Below, piece after piece: positions 29,892 to 41,801 of a DNA stretch of 64,000 nucleotides. A model generated the notes under the pieces. That model did not search any database and was not told the DNA's origin. It saw nothing but the letters and a program-made list of their open reading frames with translations. The position numbers and the translations under genes were made by a program. This DNA comes from Eledone cirrhosa. Its lineage: Eukaryota. Each line of letters begins with the position of its first letter. Positions within the stretch are counted from its first letter, which is position 1. The stretch is taken from NCBI GenBank assembly GCA_964016885.1, contig OZ024746.1, forward strand, positions 41,292,001 through 41,356,000. The letters run 5' to 3'.

Positions 29892-29894
<3 letters not shown>
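27443..29894 (+). mobile_element. 5'-truncated RTE LINE (subfamily B)
   Basis: Uninterrupted RT ORF, 3'UTR, (GAT)n tail; flanked by (TA)n on both sides. Confidence 0.95.
27445..29487 (+). CDS. RTE RT (680 codons open, N-truncated) with PHD-like insert
   Basis: [43 protein letters not shown]. Confidence 0.9.
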   Translation: MEGSIKAKKQAWKVWRDGGSREDYQVARREARRQVYLARREAEERKFKHVLQRDDQKREVFRIARQCVKENRDIVGEKCVLNDDGTLAITDADKKVAWKCHYERLLNEENKWEKDSLPHIDPIEGPAVLVEGSIISKAIKDMKTGKAAGPSEIVAEMLKASGTVGHTMVTRIVNQVVQNGVVPKDWHSSIIVNCYKGKGDALDRSNYRGIKLIDQVMKVPEKVIAQLIRERIDLDEMQFGFVSGKSTTDALFIVRQLQEKYLAKGKPLYLAFVDLEKAFDRVPRSIIWWALRKLGVDEWLVRAIQAMYKETVSKVRINNEYSEEFSVKVSVHQGSVLSPLLFIIALQAITEEFKTGCPWELLYADDLTLIAESMAELEKKFQTWKHGLESKGLKINLAKTKVLVCRKENKAAVPSGKWSCSVCRKGVGRNSILCPKCKVWVHKRCSGITGKLTKNIDFTCGRCSGAISSSKCPQNTSSFNCAEGSIEIVDSFRYLGDKISSGGGCSESTVARVRTGWKKFRELIPLLAAKGFSLKMKGRLYDACIRTTMLHGSETWALCAEDIRRLERNEACMLRWMCNSNIRERQSINELRKKLEIRGIRCCLLERRLRWYGHVMRMKVDSCITKCRAIKIDGSHGIGRPRKTWDELINSDITHLHLSKTMSLDRDLWRYSVTEKTCLI

Positions 29895-31128
<1,234 letters not shown>

Positions 31129-31247
31129 AGGTGAGTTTTATTGTAGTACAATAAAGCAATGCAGATATCGGATAAGAAGCACTCTACAGTTTGTAGGACT
31201 GGAGTATACATAATATAAGATCAAAAGATGGTTAAAGGAGTTCCATG

Positions 31248-31318
31248 TATTTTATTATGCGCATTTCAAAAACAAACATCATCATGCAATAATATTTGTG
31301 TTTTCATCAGATAAAACA
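31248..31318 (-). ncRNA. Type I hammerhead ribozyme (mirror copy)
   Basis: Reverse complement of 31461-31531. Confidence 0.8.
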
Positions 31319-31460
31319 GGAGAACATGATATGAAGGCTAAAAAACACTTGTGGATAGTGCAGTTTTAAATCAACATATGTTGATTTAAAACTGAAAAGA
31401 TATGTTGATTTAAAACTGCACTATCCATAAGTGTTTTTTAGCCTTCATATCATGTTCTCC

Positions 31461-31531
31461 TGTTTTATCTGATGAAAACACAAATATTATTGCATGATGA
31501 TGTTTGTTTTTGAAATGCGCATAATAAAATA
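31461..31531 (+). ncRNA. Type I hammerhead ribozyme
   Basis: tgttttat-CTGATGA-aaacacaaatattatt..atgatgatgtttgttttt-GAAA-tgcgca-TA-ataaaata; palindromic stem III, AUA triplet. Confidence 0.8.
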
Positions 31532-31561
31532 CATGGAACTCCTTTAACCATCTTTTGATCT

Positions 31562-31616
<55 letters not shown>

Positions 31617-31620
31617 TATA

Positions 31621-31694
<74 letters not shown>

Positions 31695-31698
31695 TAAA

Positions 31699-31744
<46 letters not shown>

Positions 31745-32342
31745 ACTTGATCATATTTCTCTATCCCGTTTTCTCCCCCCATAGTTATTATATTTTTATT
31801 ATTATTTGAAAAAATCGGTTTTTTTACATTGTGTTTTCCCCTCCTAATATTCGCTTATATTTCTTTATATATTCTCTATATATTTTTGTATCTTTATTTT
31901 TTTATCTTTATTATTTCCACTTTTATCCTCCTTTATATTTCACCCTATTCTTACTTTTATACCTTATTATAGTGTAATCTTCCCCATGCCTTATTATACA
32001 CTATTAATTATAGATTATTATTATTACTCTTTTTCCATTTCTAATTACCTCAGGTACTTTCTCCTCCATTATATATATATATATATTGTATGCCCTTTGT
32101 GTTTGTGTAGCCTCTGCACACCCTCTGCACCATACTATCGACGCCACCCCATCTATGGTTCAGCTAACCACTCGACTCCCGGGAATGAATATGACCGCAG
32201 CTAGTAAACAAGGACCCACACCCCACCCTCCCACACCAAAATTAGACTTATCGTCCCCTACTTTTGCTCTTTACTCTCTTTACTCTTTGTTCTTGAATGT
32301 TTGGTTGGTAGAGTCCATAACACCAATCAAACCCCTTTTATA

Positions 32343-32387
32343 GCTCTGACGAATCCTACGGTTACGTAAGGAAGAAACATTGTAAGC
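32343..32387 (+). ncRNA. Type I hammerhead motif at the end of a ~700 bp pyrimidine-rich island between (TA)n tracts
   Basis: gct-CTGACGA-a-tcctacg-gtta-cgtaagga-a-GAAA-cattg-TA-agc, then AATAAA. Confidence 0.7.
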
Positions 32388-32425
32388 CAATAAAAATCTT
32401 TTGATGTAGACGCTCTTGTGTTCTT

Positions 32426-32476
<51 letters not shown>

Positions 32477-32479
<3 letters not shown>

Positions 32480-32857
32480 CACACGACCGTGACTTCTGGC
32501 GTCACGCAGTAATACAGGGTACCCGACCTCCCATGGATACATGCTGAAGCATATAAACAATATGCCCCCACTCCCCCCACCGCAAGGTGGTCGTGGAGGT
32601 GCCACGGCAAAAAAAGCACCCAGCCCACACTGTAAAGTGGACATGTAGGCGCCACGAAAAAGCACCCAGCACTCACTGTAAATGAGGTTGGTGTTAGGAA
32701 GGGCATCCAGCTGTAGAAATCAAGCCAGATCAGTTCCTGTATGAGCAAGGCATGGTCAGCCGACCAGACACTGCACACAACAGGACAACCCGTCTAACCC
32801 ATGCTAGCGTCGAAGAACGGACGTAAAACGGTGATGATGATGATGATGATGATGATG
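32477..32857 (+). mobile_element. RTE-A 3' end fragment in (TA)n
   Basis: Near-identical to the reverse complement of 2030-2400. Confidence 0.9.
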
Positions 32858-32885
32858 ATATATATATATATATATATATATATGA

Positions 32886-32951
<66 letters not shown>

Positions 32952-32958
32952 TCATATA

Positions 32959-33014
<56 letters not shown>

Positions 33015-33026
33015 TATATATATATA

Positions 33027-33078
<52 letters not shown>

Positions 33079-33088
33079 TGTATATATA

Positions 33089-33136
<48 letters not shown>

Positions 33137-33154
33137 TATATATATATATTCATA

Positions 33155-33216
<62 letters not shown>

Positions 33217-33217
33217 C

Positions 33218-33250
<33 letters not shown>

Positions 33251-34360
33251 TAAACAAACCATTGGAGCATCGAGTGAGTTGATGTACAATACTCATGCAC
33301 CACGGAACAACTAAATACCACAAGACACAACATATTTACAGATATATACACACACCATACAATGACTATACAAGATACACAACACACACACTCATGCATA
33401 CCCATATATTCACACATATAGCAAAAAATGCATGCACTCACATATGCACACACACACACACACATACCCACACTAAACACACACAGCATAACATCTTTAC
33501 ATAACAAATTCTATGCACACTCACATACAGACCAAAATGCACACACTCATACACAATAAAATACAGTCACACTCACACAAACAAACTCATGCACACATAT
33601 ATATACACACACAAACTCACACACACACACACACATACAGACAAAAACATGCAGTCACATTAATTAATAGACAAATACACAGACACACTAACACACACAC
33701 ACATTTATACACACACACATGTATACAGACACAGCCATGCACACACATTTATAAATACACAAATATACAGACACACAAACACATACACACATATTTTCAC
33801 CCACACTTACACACACACATACACACACATTCATACACACATACATTCACTCACACATGCATTCATATATAAACACATACATAGAAACAGAGTCATTCTG
33901 AAGCATAGAAACTTACATGGCAGAAATAAGAGTAGAGATTGTAAGAATGGAAGAACAATAATGACAAATGATTTAGAAAATTTGTAAGACAGTCATGTTA
34001 ACATTCTTAAATAGAACAGGAAATATCAGAATTCTGTATTCTTACTTTATATTCTTCTCTTTTTATATTTCACATTTCTTTTAATTTATAATATATATCA
34101 AACATATGAACATACATACATGCACACATACATATATACAGTCATATATAGGTACATATCTATCTATCTCTATCTATGTATGTGTGTGTGTATGCATATA
34201 TATATATATATAGATTTTGAGTTTATGTTGGTTGTATACCAACACCTCAGTATGCAGGCTGGAGCACTCGACGAAATGCGCAGGTTGGTTTGGTTACTCC
34301 GGAGTAGTGTAAAATAAAGTTAAATAAAAGTCAAATGATTAAAATTTAGCTTCGTTTATT

Positions 34361-34415
34361 ACTGCTATATATATTTCAGTGACAGCCATCTTTGGCTGTG
34401 ACCTCTTCAGGCAGT
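34361..34415 (-). ncRNA. Type I hammerhead ribozyme (mirror copy)
   Basis: Reverse complement of 34646-34700. Confidence 0.82.
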
Positions 34416-34645
34416 TTGAATTAGTATGGTATAGACAAGTACATGTGTTGTTTAGGTGTATGATATTGTCAATACTCTGATATGCCCAGTTCCTTGCTGG
34501 GTTGTTAATTCACTGGGGAACTGGAGTCATATGACTCCAGTTCCCCAGTGAATTAACAACCCAGCAAGGAACTGGGCATATCAGAGTATTGACAATATCA
34601 TACACCTAAACAACACATGTACTTGTCTATACCATACTAATTCAA

Positions 34646-34700
34646 ACTGCCTGAAGAGGTCACAGCCAAAGATGGCTGTCACTGAAATATATATAGCAGT
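34646..34700 (+). ncRNA. Type I hammerhead ribozyme
   Basis: actgc-CTGAAGA-ggtcacagcca-aaga-tggctgtcact-GAAA-tatata-TA-gcagt, then AATAAA. Confidence 0.82.
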
Positions 34701-34744
34701 AATAAACGAAGCTAAATTTTAATCATTTGACTTTTATTTAACTT

Positions 34745-34811
<67 letters not shown>

Positions 34812-35240
34812 CGTGTGTGCGTGTGTGCGTGTGTATGTGTGTATATATATATTTATATATATAAGCAATATATTTATATATATAAGCAAAAGGGATATTC
34901 AATTTGTTGGTAATTCAACAAATATAAATGTTTATAAGTGTATATATATATATATATATGTTATAGTTCTGGTATCTCAAATTAGTACCATCGAACCACA
35001 ACTATTATAAACACCATGCATATTTCTGTAGGTACTTAGTGCCTGTTGGAATATCCATACCCTTTTATAATTATTCTCCTATATGTAGAGAACAAAACGT
35101 TGTATCGCGCTGCTATTTTTAGCGGCATGATCAACAAGTTTATAATATCCCGCTTTTACTTATGGCCTATTTTTGTGTGTAGGTCACTTTAACGGCCTGA
35201 CTCCATGCAACAGGCTTTATACCCTTATAGTACGGAAATA

Positions 35241-35320
35241 GCAGTCTGAAGATCTAATTCTTTCCATTGGAAATTCTCTGAATTTCCAATCTTTTGATTA
35301 GTGAAACCGTCGGTAACGGC
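35241..35320 (+). ncRNA. Type I hammerhead with extended stem II
   Basis: gcagt-CTGAAGA-t-ctaat..attggaaattc-tct-gaatttccaat..attag-t-GAAA-ccgtcgg-TA-acggc. Confidence 0.72.
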
Positions 35321-35393
35321 AATAGAACAGGTGAATATTTAAATCGTTTTTTAATTTATTTAAAAGATTGTTTGATGATTACTTGTTCCGCTC

Positions 35394-35467
<74 letters not shown>

Positions 35468-35470
<3 letters not shown>

Positions 35471-35612
35471 CAGGTAAAATTCAGTTATAACGAATACCAG
35501 TATAACAACATTTTTTTCAATCCCTGAGGTCAATCTCATTATAAAGAATTTTTCGTTGCAACAAATTTTTTTTCATACCTTGAGAATTTTGTTATAATGG
35601 AATTTCACAGTA
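35468..35612. mobile_element. Short Tigger-like MITE
   Basis: Imperfect TIRs gtaaaattcagttataacgaa / tttgttataatggaatttcac. Confidence 0.5.
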
Positions 35613-35653
35613 TATGTGTGTATATATATATGTATATCATCAACATTTCATCA

Positions 35654-36520
35654 TCTATATATTAATTTCAACAATGTCAGTATTCCGTGTGTCATAATTC
35701 TCGATTATCATTGGTTCATAGGTTTCAAACGACTCCGCCCACCTCAACGACACCAAACTTAAATTAATATGCATAATACCAATGAGGGTGTGATAGGGGA
35801 GAGTAAGAAACAGAGAGGCAAAGTGAACGCTGTAACTATTACCATGTGCGCGTGTGTAACTATTACCATGTGTGTGCATATGTTTATGTGTGTGTGTGCA
35901 TACGTGCAGCGTTCCAGAGAAAGTAAAAGCAATTCAACTTTATCAAACAGTGAACTACAGCGGCGATGGCATGCAGCCTGGAATGAAGAGAAACGGGCCG
36001 AACAGTGCCATCGGAACGCCGAACTTCAGAGGCGAAGACGTGCCGCCATGAATGAAGAGGAGATGGCTGAACAACGCCAACGAAACACTGGAGCCAAGCA
36101 GTGACGGCGTGCTGCAATGGTTGAAGACGAACTGGCTGAACATCATCTTTTATATTAATTATCTATACCTATATCTACATATAATATAAAAGTTTGGAAC
36201 TTCCATCATCCTTTTGAGAAACGTGGAACAACCACGTCTATGCAATGATACACGTTTTACAGTCAGGCAGAAGATGAACTATTTCCTAGAGGTCACTCTT
36301 CTAGATGGGAGCACCTAGAATTGTTCATATACTATGCACAAACGGTACAACAAAGAATCTGGTATATCTGGAAGATTTTTTTTACTGTTTGTTGTATCAC
36401 ACAGAGACCACGGACTCGCCTCATACTGTAATCAGACAAACATCCAATACAGTCATTTTCTCTTTTACCTGTCTTCTCTTATCATCTGTTTACCCGTGCA
36501 AAGCTGGGTATGTCAGCTAA
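35654..36520 (+). mobile_element. Non-autonomous, internally deleted Helitron
   Basis: 5' A|TC, 3' hairpin tacccgtgcaaagctgggta then CTAA|T; E/R-rich repeats (NEEEMAEQRQRN) and helicase C-terminal-like NGTTKNLVY. Confidence 0.7.
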
Positions 36521-36679
36521 TGATATTTATTTCAACGTTTCCATGATCGCATGGGGTGAACAGGACTTTTAGTTGTTTCTTATGACAAGCAGGGCCATTG
36601 TGTATCTATTCTAAATCAAATACATGGTATAATGAAAGGCCGACTGTATGTTGCTTGTGTGTGAAGTATGGCTCATGTT

Positions 36680-37090
36680 TCTGCATGGGCAGTGGCTGCA
36701 GAAATATGTACAGGCTGGAGAGAAATGAAGTAAACATGCTTTGATGGATTTGCAATATTAATGTAGGAGAATGACAGAGCTTGGATGAACTGAGAGAAAA
36801 AACTGAGTATAAGAGGAATCAGAAGTGGTGTGCAACAGAGTAGACTGTGTTGGTATGGATATGTGGTGCACATGGATGGTGATCACTGGGTGAATAAGTG
36901 CCAAGATATCTCAGTGGAATGAAGCCACAGTAGCAGGCCAAAGAAAAGCAGAGATGGTGAGAACTTATCTCAAACCACTGAAACTCACAGAGGAGGTGAC
37001 AAAAGATCATGACGTGTGGAGAGATGTAGGGCTGAAAAGGACCCGGCCAACCCATGCAAGTGAGGAAAAAATAAACATAAAAATGATGAT
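36680..37090 (+). mobile_element. Old RTE 3' fragment
   Basis: Degenerate LERNE..ML.W and WYG.V pieces; tail acccatgcaagtg..(GAT)n. Confidence 0.7.
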
Positions 37091-37559
37091 GATATATACT
37101 TATTATACAAGTAAAAAAATGAAAAGAAAAACAGTACACATTACAAAATAGTATATTAGTTTAATGCTTAAAAGACGTTTTGGATGCTAATCCTTCATTG
37201 AAAAAGAAAACAGAAAGAAGAGGATTGTTCAGGCAAGAGAAAGAAAAGGAAGATAAATAAAAAAAAAACAAGAAAGAAATTACTTATCTTATATATAAAC
37301 AATAACATCCACCATTTCTTTTGGGGATTCTATCTTCTAAAAGGTGCAAACAAATCTCAACAACATCTTTCAATGAAACATTCGCCAACACTACACTTGA
37401 TGTCCCCCCTCCATACACATGCACACATGTATTTCATGACTCGTACACTGTTCATTTTCCTGACATTTGTACATTTTTCTATGTACTATACATGCACCTT
37501 TGATGAGTTGTAGTGCACCTGAGCACTGTACACAATAATTTCATTATTATGATTATTTA

Positions 37560-37830
37560 TCATTCAACATAGCAGCAAATACATATATATCAATGACATC
37601 TGATAGTTTCATAGAGACCATTAAATGCCATTGACAAATACTATGTAATAGAAGAAAATACCAAAGAAATCCCACATAGATTCATCCACTATATTTAATA
37701 CATAATATGACTGCAATAGGCAAAACCTTCTTCTATCTTGTAAGAACTAATCACTCCCAGCATCAAATATATGTACAGGAAAATAGTTAACCCAAACTAA
37801 CTCAAAATAAGCTACTCGTCACTGACAAAG
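37560..37830 (+). pseudogene. Penelope-like RT-to-GIY-YIG linker remnant
   Basis: TAIGKTFFYLV resembles the PLE TNIGK.FL.L motif; heavily decayed. Confidence 0.45.
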
Positions 37831-37854
37831 TATACACACATCTTAAAATCTAAT

Positions 37855-38270
37855 AATAATGATTTCTACATTTGGCACAAGGCCAATTAAATCGACCCCA
37901 GTCATAACTGGTACTTTATTTATCAACCACATAATGATGAAAGGCAAAGCTAACCTTGGTGGGATTTGCAATTCGAACGTAAAGCGACATAACTCTATGC
38001 TACAAAGCATAGTGTCTGACGCTCTACCAATACTACCAAAGCATCTAATAATAATGGTTTCTGATTTAAACATAAGGCCAAAAATAATAGGGGAGGGGAA
38101 AATTGATTAAATCAACCCCAATGTGTTACTGGTACTTTAATTTATCAACCCCATAAGGATGAAAGGCAAAGCTAACCTCAGTGGAATTTGAACTCAGAAT
38201 ATAAAGGGACATAACTATAGGCTGCAAAGCATATTGCCCAATGCTCCTTTGATACTGATAATCTGCCACC
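37855..38270 (-). mobile_element. Two tandem SINE family A copies
   Basis: Shared SINE motifs, separated by (TAA)n. Confidence 0.8.
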
Positions 38271-38555
38271 TTTAGCATTTATTAATAATGAAAAAGTATT
38301 GAAGGATTTGCCCCAACAGATACGAAACAGCATCAGAACACTGACAGACAATGGCTACTTTGAAGACGTTTACTTAATAAATGGTAACAACATAGAAAAA
38401 AAAAATCTGTTAAATATGTAGACCAACCAGGTACCTCTTACATGTGGAGAGTTTCAGACAGTTGTCTTCAGCTGAAGAAATTAAATTATGCATAATCTAT
38501 ATCTGGTAATGAGAAATTTTTCTCCCATTCATTACCATTAACATATGCATGTGTT

Positions 38556-38587
<32 letters not shown>

Positions 38588-38759
38588 CGCACATGCACAT
38601 GCTTTATATACAAAATGATTTTTTTCCTTTTCAGCTAGACGCCTTCATCACCGCCTTTTAAAACAAGACCAACTGATTTTTTTATACACCAACGCCAAAT
38701 TCAAGAGATGGTGACATGAATAGACAGGTTTTTTTAAAAATAAATCTTTTCATTTCTGC

Positions 38760-39740
38760 CACTGCCCTCTCTCCTCTATCTCTTACTATTTCTTCTTTAA
38801 TTGCTCATTCTATTTTTTGATGAAGATCTAACGTCTGAAACGTTAAGACCCTTTTCCTCCAATATCAAGTGTAAAACTAATATATTTGCTTTGATATTTC
38901 TGTTTGACTTTTGCATATATAAATATATAAATATATATAAATATAAATATATATAAATATCATTTCTGTTCTCCTGGTTATTCTTCCCTACATGTTTCAG
39001 TCCTCGGTGTCCTTTTACATCACGGATCACAGGCCTCATGTACCAGGACTTAACAAAGTCTGATTCACCGCCTTGGGTCCTATTCCTGTCTTGGACTCAA
39101 CTCACCTCCCCAATTTCTTTAATACCTTGTCCATTATCACATGCACTTGTACATTCACCCCTAGATTCCTATGGTTCTCTCTTGATCTTCTCTTACAACT
39201 AATACAGACCGACTAAATATGCTCACTCCACTTTTCCCTTCACTGCTCTGTATAAATACACACCCTTATATTAACATACTTTTGCTCATAGCTTTGTACT
39301 TACATGCACACACACTCTTTTACTTACATATACACACACATTTCTTCTTAGCTTTGTACGGACATATAATAACACTCACACACATGCTTACGCACGTGCA
39401 CAAGTATAGCTCTTTTTACAAAACGTTTTTTGTTCCATTTCAGGTAGATGCGCTCCATCATCCACTTTTCTAAAAAATAAATCATACACAAAACGCCAGC
39501 ACCAACAGTTTTGCAAGAGATGTCAACATGAACAGACCTGTTATATTTATCTAACAACATTTTTTCCAATTCCATCCCGCCCATCCCCTCAATCTATCTT
39601 ATATCTCATTCTTTCTTCTGATGAAGGACTAGCGTCCGAAACGTTAAGACCCTCTTCCTGCTATTTCAAGCGTTAACCTAATATATCTCTTCCATATATT
39701 GTACCGGTTGTGTTGTTATTTATGTTTACCTTTTACATAT
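38760..39740 (+). mobile_element. Element bounded by two direct pLTR-like repeats, each with a minimal hammerhead
   Basis: tgatgaag..gaaacgttaagaccct..tcaag..ctaatatat at ~38817 (decayed) and ~39618 (intact). Confidence 0.6.
39614..39649 (+). ncRNA. Minimal type I hammerhead (PLE-type)
   Basis: tctt-CTGATGA-a-ggac-tagc-gtcc-GAAA-cg-TT-aaga; ACGT palindromic stem III. Confidence 0.78.
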
Positions 39741-40279
39741 ATATATATATATATGTATGTTCGAAACAATGCTAACACTTAAAACCTGCAGTTATATCAA
39801 CAAAGAAACTTAGCAGCCTTGATAAATATAGATCGATAAAATATGTATCAGATTGAAATACTGAAATATGTACTGGGGCGAATACCATCCAAATTCTCCC
39901 CGAAGGCACTTACACCCCCCTCCCACACACACATATGCACTATTTCTCTCCCTTAGACACATATATTCACACCTACTCCCCCCCCTCTCTCTCTCTCTCT
40001 CTTACATAGTCATGCTGTCCTCATATTTTAAATGAAGATATATGACTAGGAAAAATGCAATAAAACTTAAATTCTTAAATAAGTGCATGTTCACACAAAC
40101 ACACGCAAACATATAAACATACAGGCACATACACACACTGATTATGCTTTTCTCATACACATAAAGTACATACATACTGTGTATTCTTGACCTTAATGTA
40201 GCATTTGAGAAATGAAACCCTTAGGTCATTCAGCCAATGCAACAGAGAATGATAATGCACAATAAATATTCAAGTAACT

Positions 40280-40286
40280 TCTCTCT

Positions 40287-40373
<87 letters not shown>

Positions 40374-40459
40374 TATCATCATCATCATCATTTACCATCT
40401 ATATTTCCATGATTTCATGGGTTGTATATATATATATATATATATAACATACACATACC

Positions 40460-40543
<84 letters not shown>

Positions 40544-40598
40544 GCATATCATTATCATCATCATCATTTACCATCTATATTTCCATGATTTCATGGGT

Positions 40599-40633
<35 letters not shown>

Positions 40634-40808
40634 CATACACACATATATATATATATGTGCATGTTTTTATGTATGTGTATAAATATTGTGTAGTGCATCT
40701 CCCCCCCCCCTCTCTCTCTATATATATATATATATCTATATATATATATATATGCATATCATTATCATCATCATCATTTACCATCTATATTTCCATGATT
40801 TCATGGGT

Positions 40809-40861
<53 letters not shown>

Positions 40862-40925
40862 CATACATATATATATATGTGTGCATGTTTTTATGTATGT
40901 GTATAAATATTGTGTAGTGCATCTC
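40280..40925. repeat. Three tandem copies of a ~200 bp microsatellite-containing unit
   Basis: gcatatcattatcatc..ttccatgatttcatgggttg occurs three times. Confidence 0.85.
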
Positions 40926-41104
40926 AGCAATAGTGCTAGTAATACAGATAATATATGCAACAACTAAGTGCTATCCACAGCAATATAACAGAATAAAATT
41001 TGGTTATAGATGAATAAAGGAAAACTGGAGACATTCGGAAGAATACAACATTGCTGCCTCTCCCACCATAAAAAGGATGGAAAGAAAACAAATGTAAAAT
41101 ATAG

Positions 41105-41300
41105 TAATAATTGTTTCTACTTTGGGCACAAGGCCAGCAATTACCCAGTACATTACTGGTACTTTATTTTAATCGTTCCCGTAAGGATGAAAGGCAAAGA
41201 GAACCTCGAAGGGATTTGAACTCAGAATGCAAAGGACCATAACTCTATGCTGCAAAGCATGATGTCTGACGCTCTACCGACACTGCCAATCCAGCGCTCT

Positions 41301-41348
<48 letters not shown>

Positions 41349-41533
41349 TGTTTCTACTTTAGGCAAAAGGCCAGCAATTATCCAGTGCATTACTGGTACT
41401 TTATTTTATCGACCCCGTAAGGATGAAAGGCAAAGTCAACCTCGGCGGGATTTGAACTCAGACCGTAAAGGGACATAACTATGCTGGAAAGCATGGCGTC
41501 CGACCCTCTACTGATACTGCCAATACACCGCTC
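41105..41533 (-). mobile_element. Two tandem SINE family A copies in (TAA)n
   Basis: Shared SINE motifs. Confidence 0.85.
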
Positions 41534-41801
41534 TTATAATAATAATAATAATAATGCTTTCTTTATTAACCACAAGGGTTTACATAAAGTAGACATTAAG
41601 GATAGTACAGGACAATACAGGACGGTACAAATGGGCATTTCTGCGTGTAAAAAAAACAGAGGATGTAATAAAAAATAACAATGAAAAATTCCCCAATAGG
41701 GGGGAGACTTCCGAGGGACATTTGTGGAGAAAGCCCATTAAAAGGCCACAGTGACCCTGACCACCAGGGCAAGTGCCCTCTCCCAGTTTTCCACCTTTAA
41801 T

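Larger units (their letters stand above)
31210..31569. repeat. Near-perfect 360 bp palindrome carrying a hammerhead in each arm
   Basis: Arms are reverse complements with one mismatch seen; centre CATATG plus a ~19 bp duplication. Confidence 0.92.
34310..34751. repeat. Spacerless 442 bp palindrome with a hammerhead in each arm
   Basis: 221 bp arms meeting at gtcat|atgac (34530/34531); no mismatch seen. Confidence 0.93.

Noticed and set aside
38445-38475. Minus-strand CTGAAGA..GAAA hammerhead candidate
   Set aside because: Stem II overlaps the core and there is no convincing stem I or cleavage triplet
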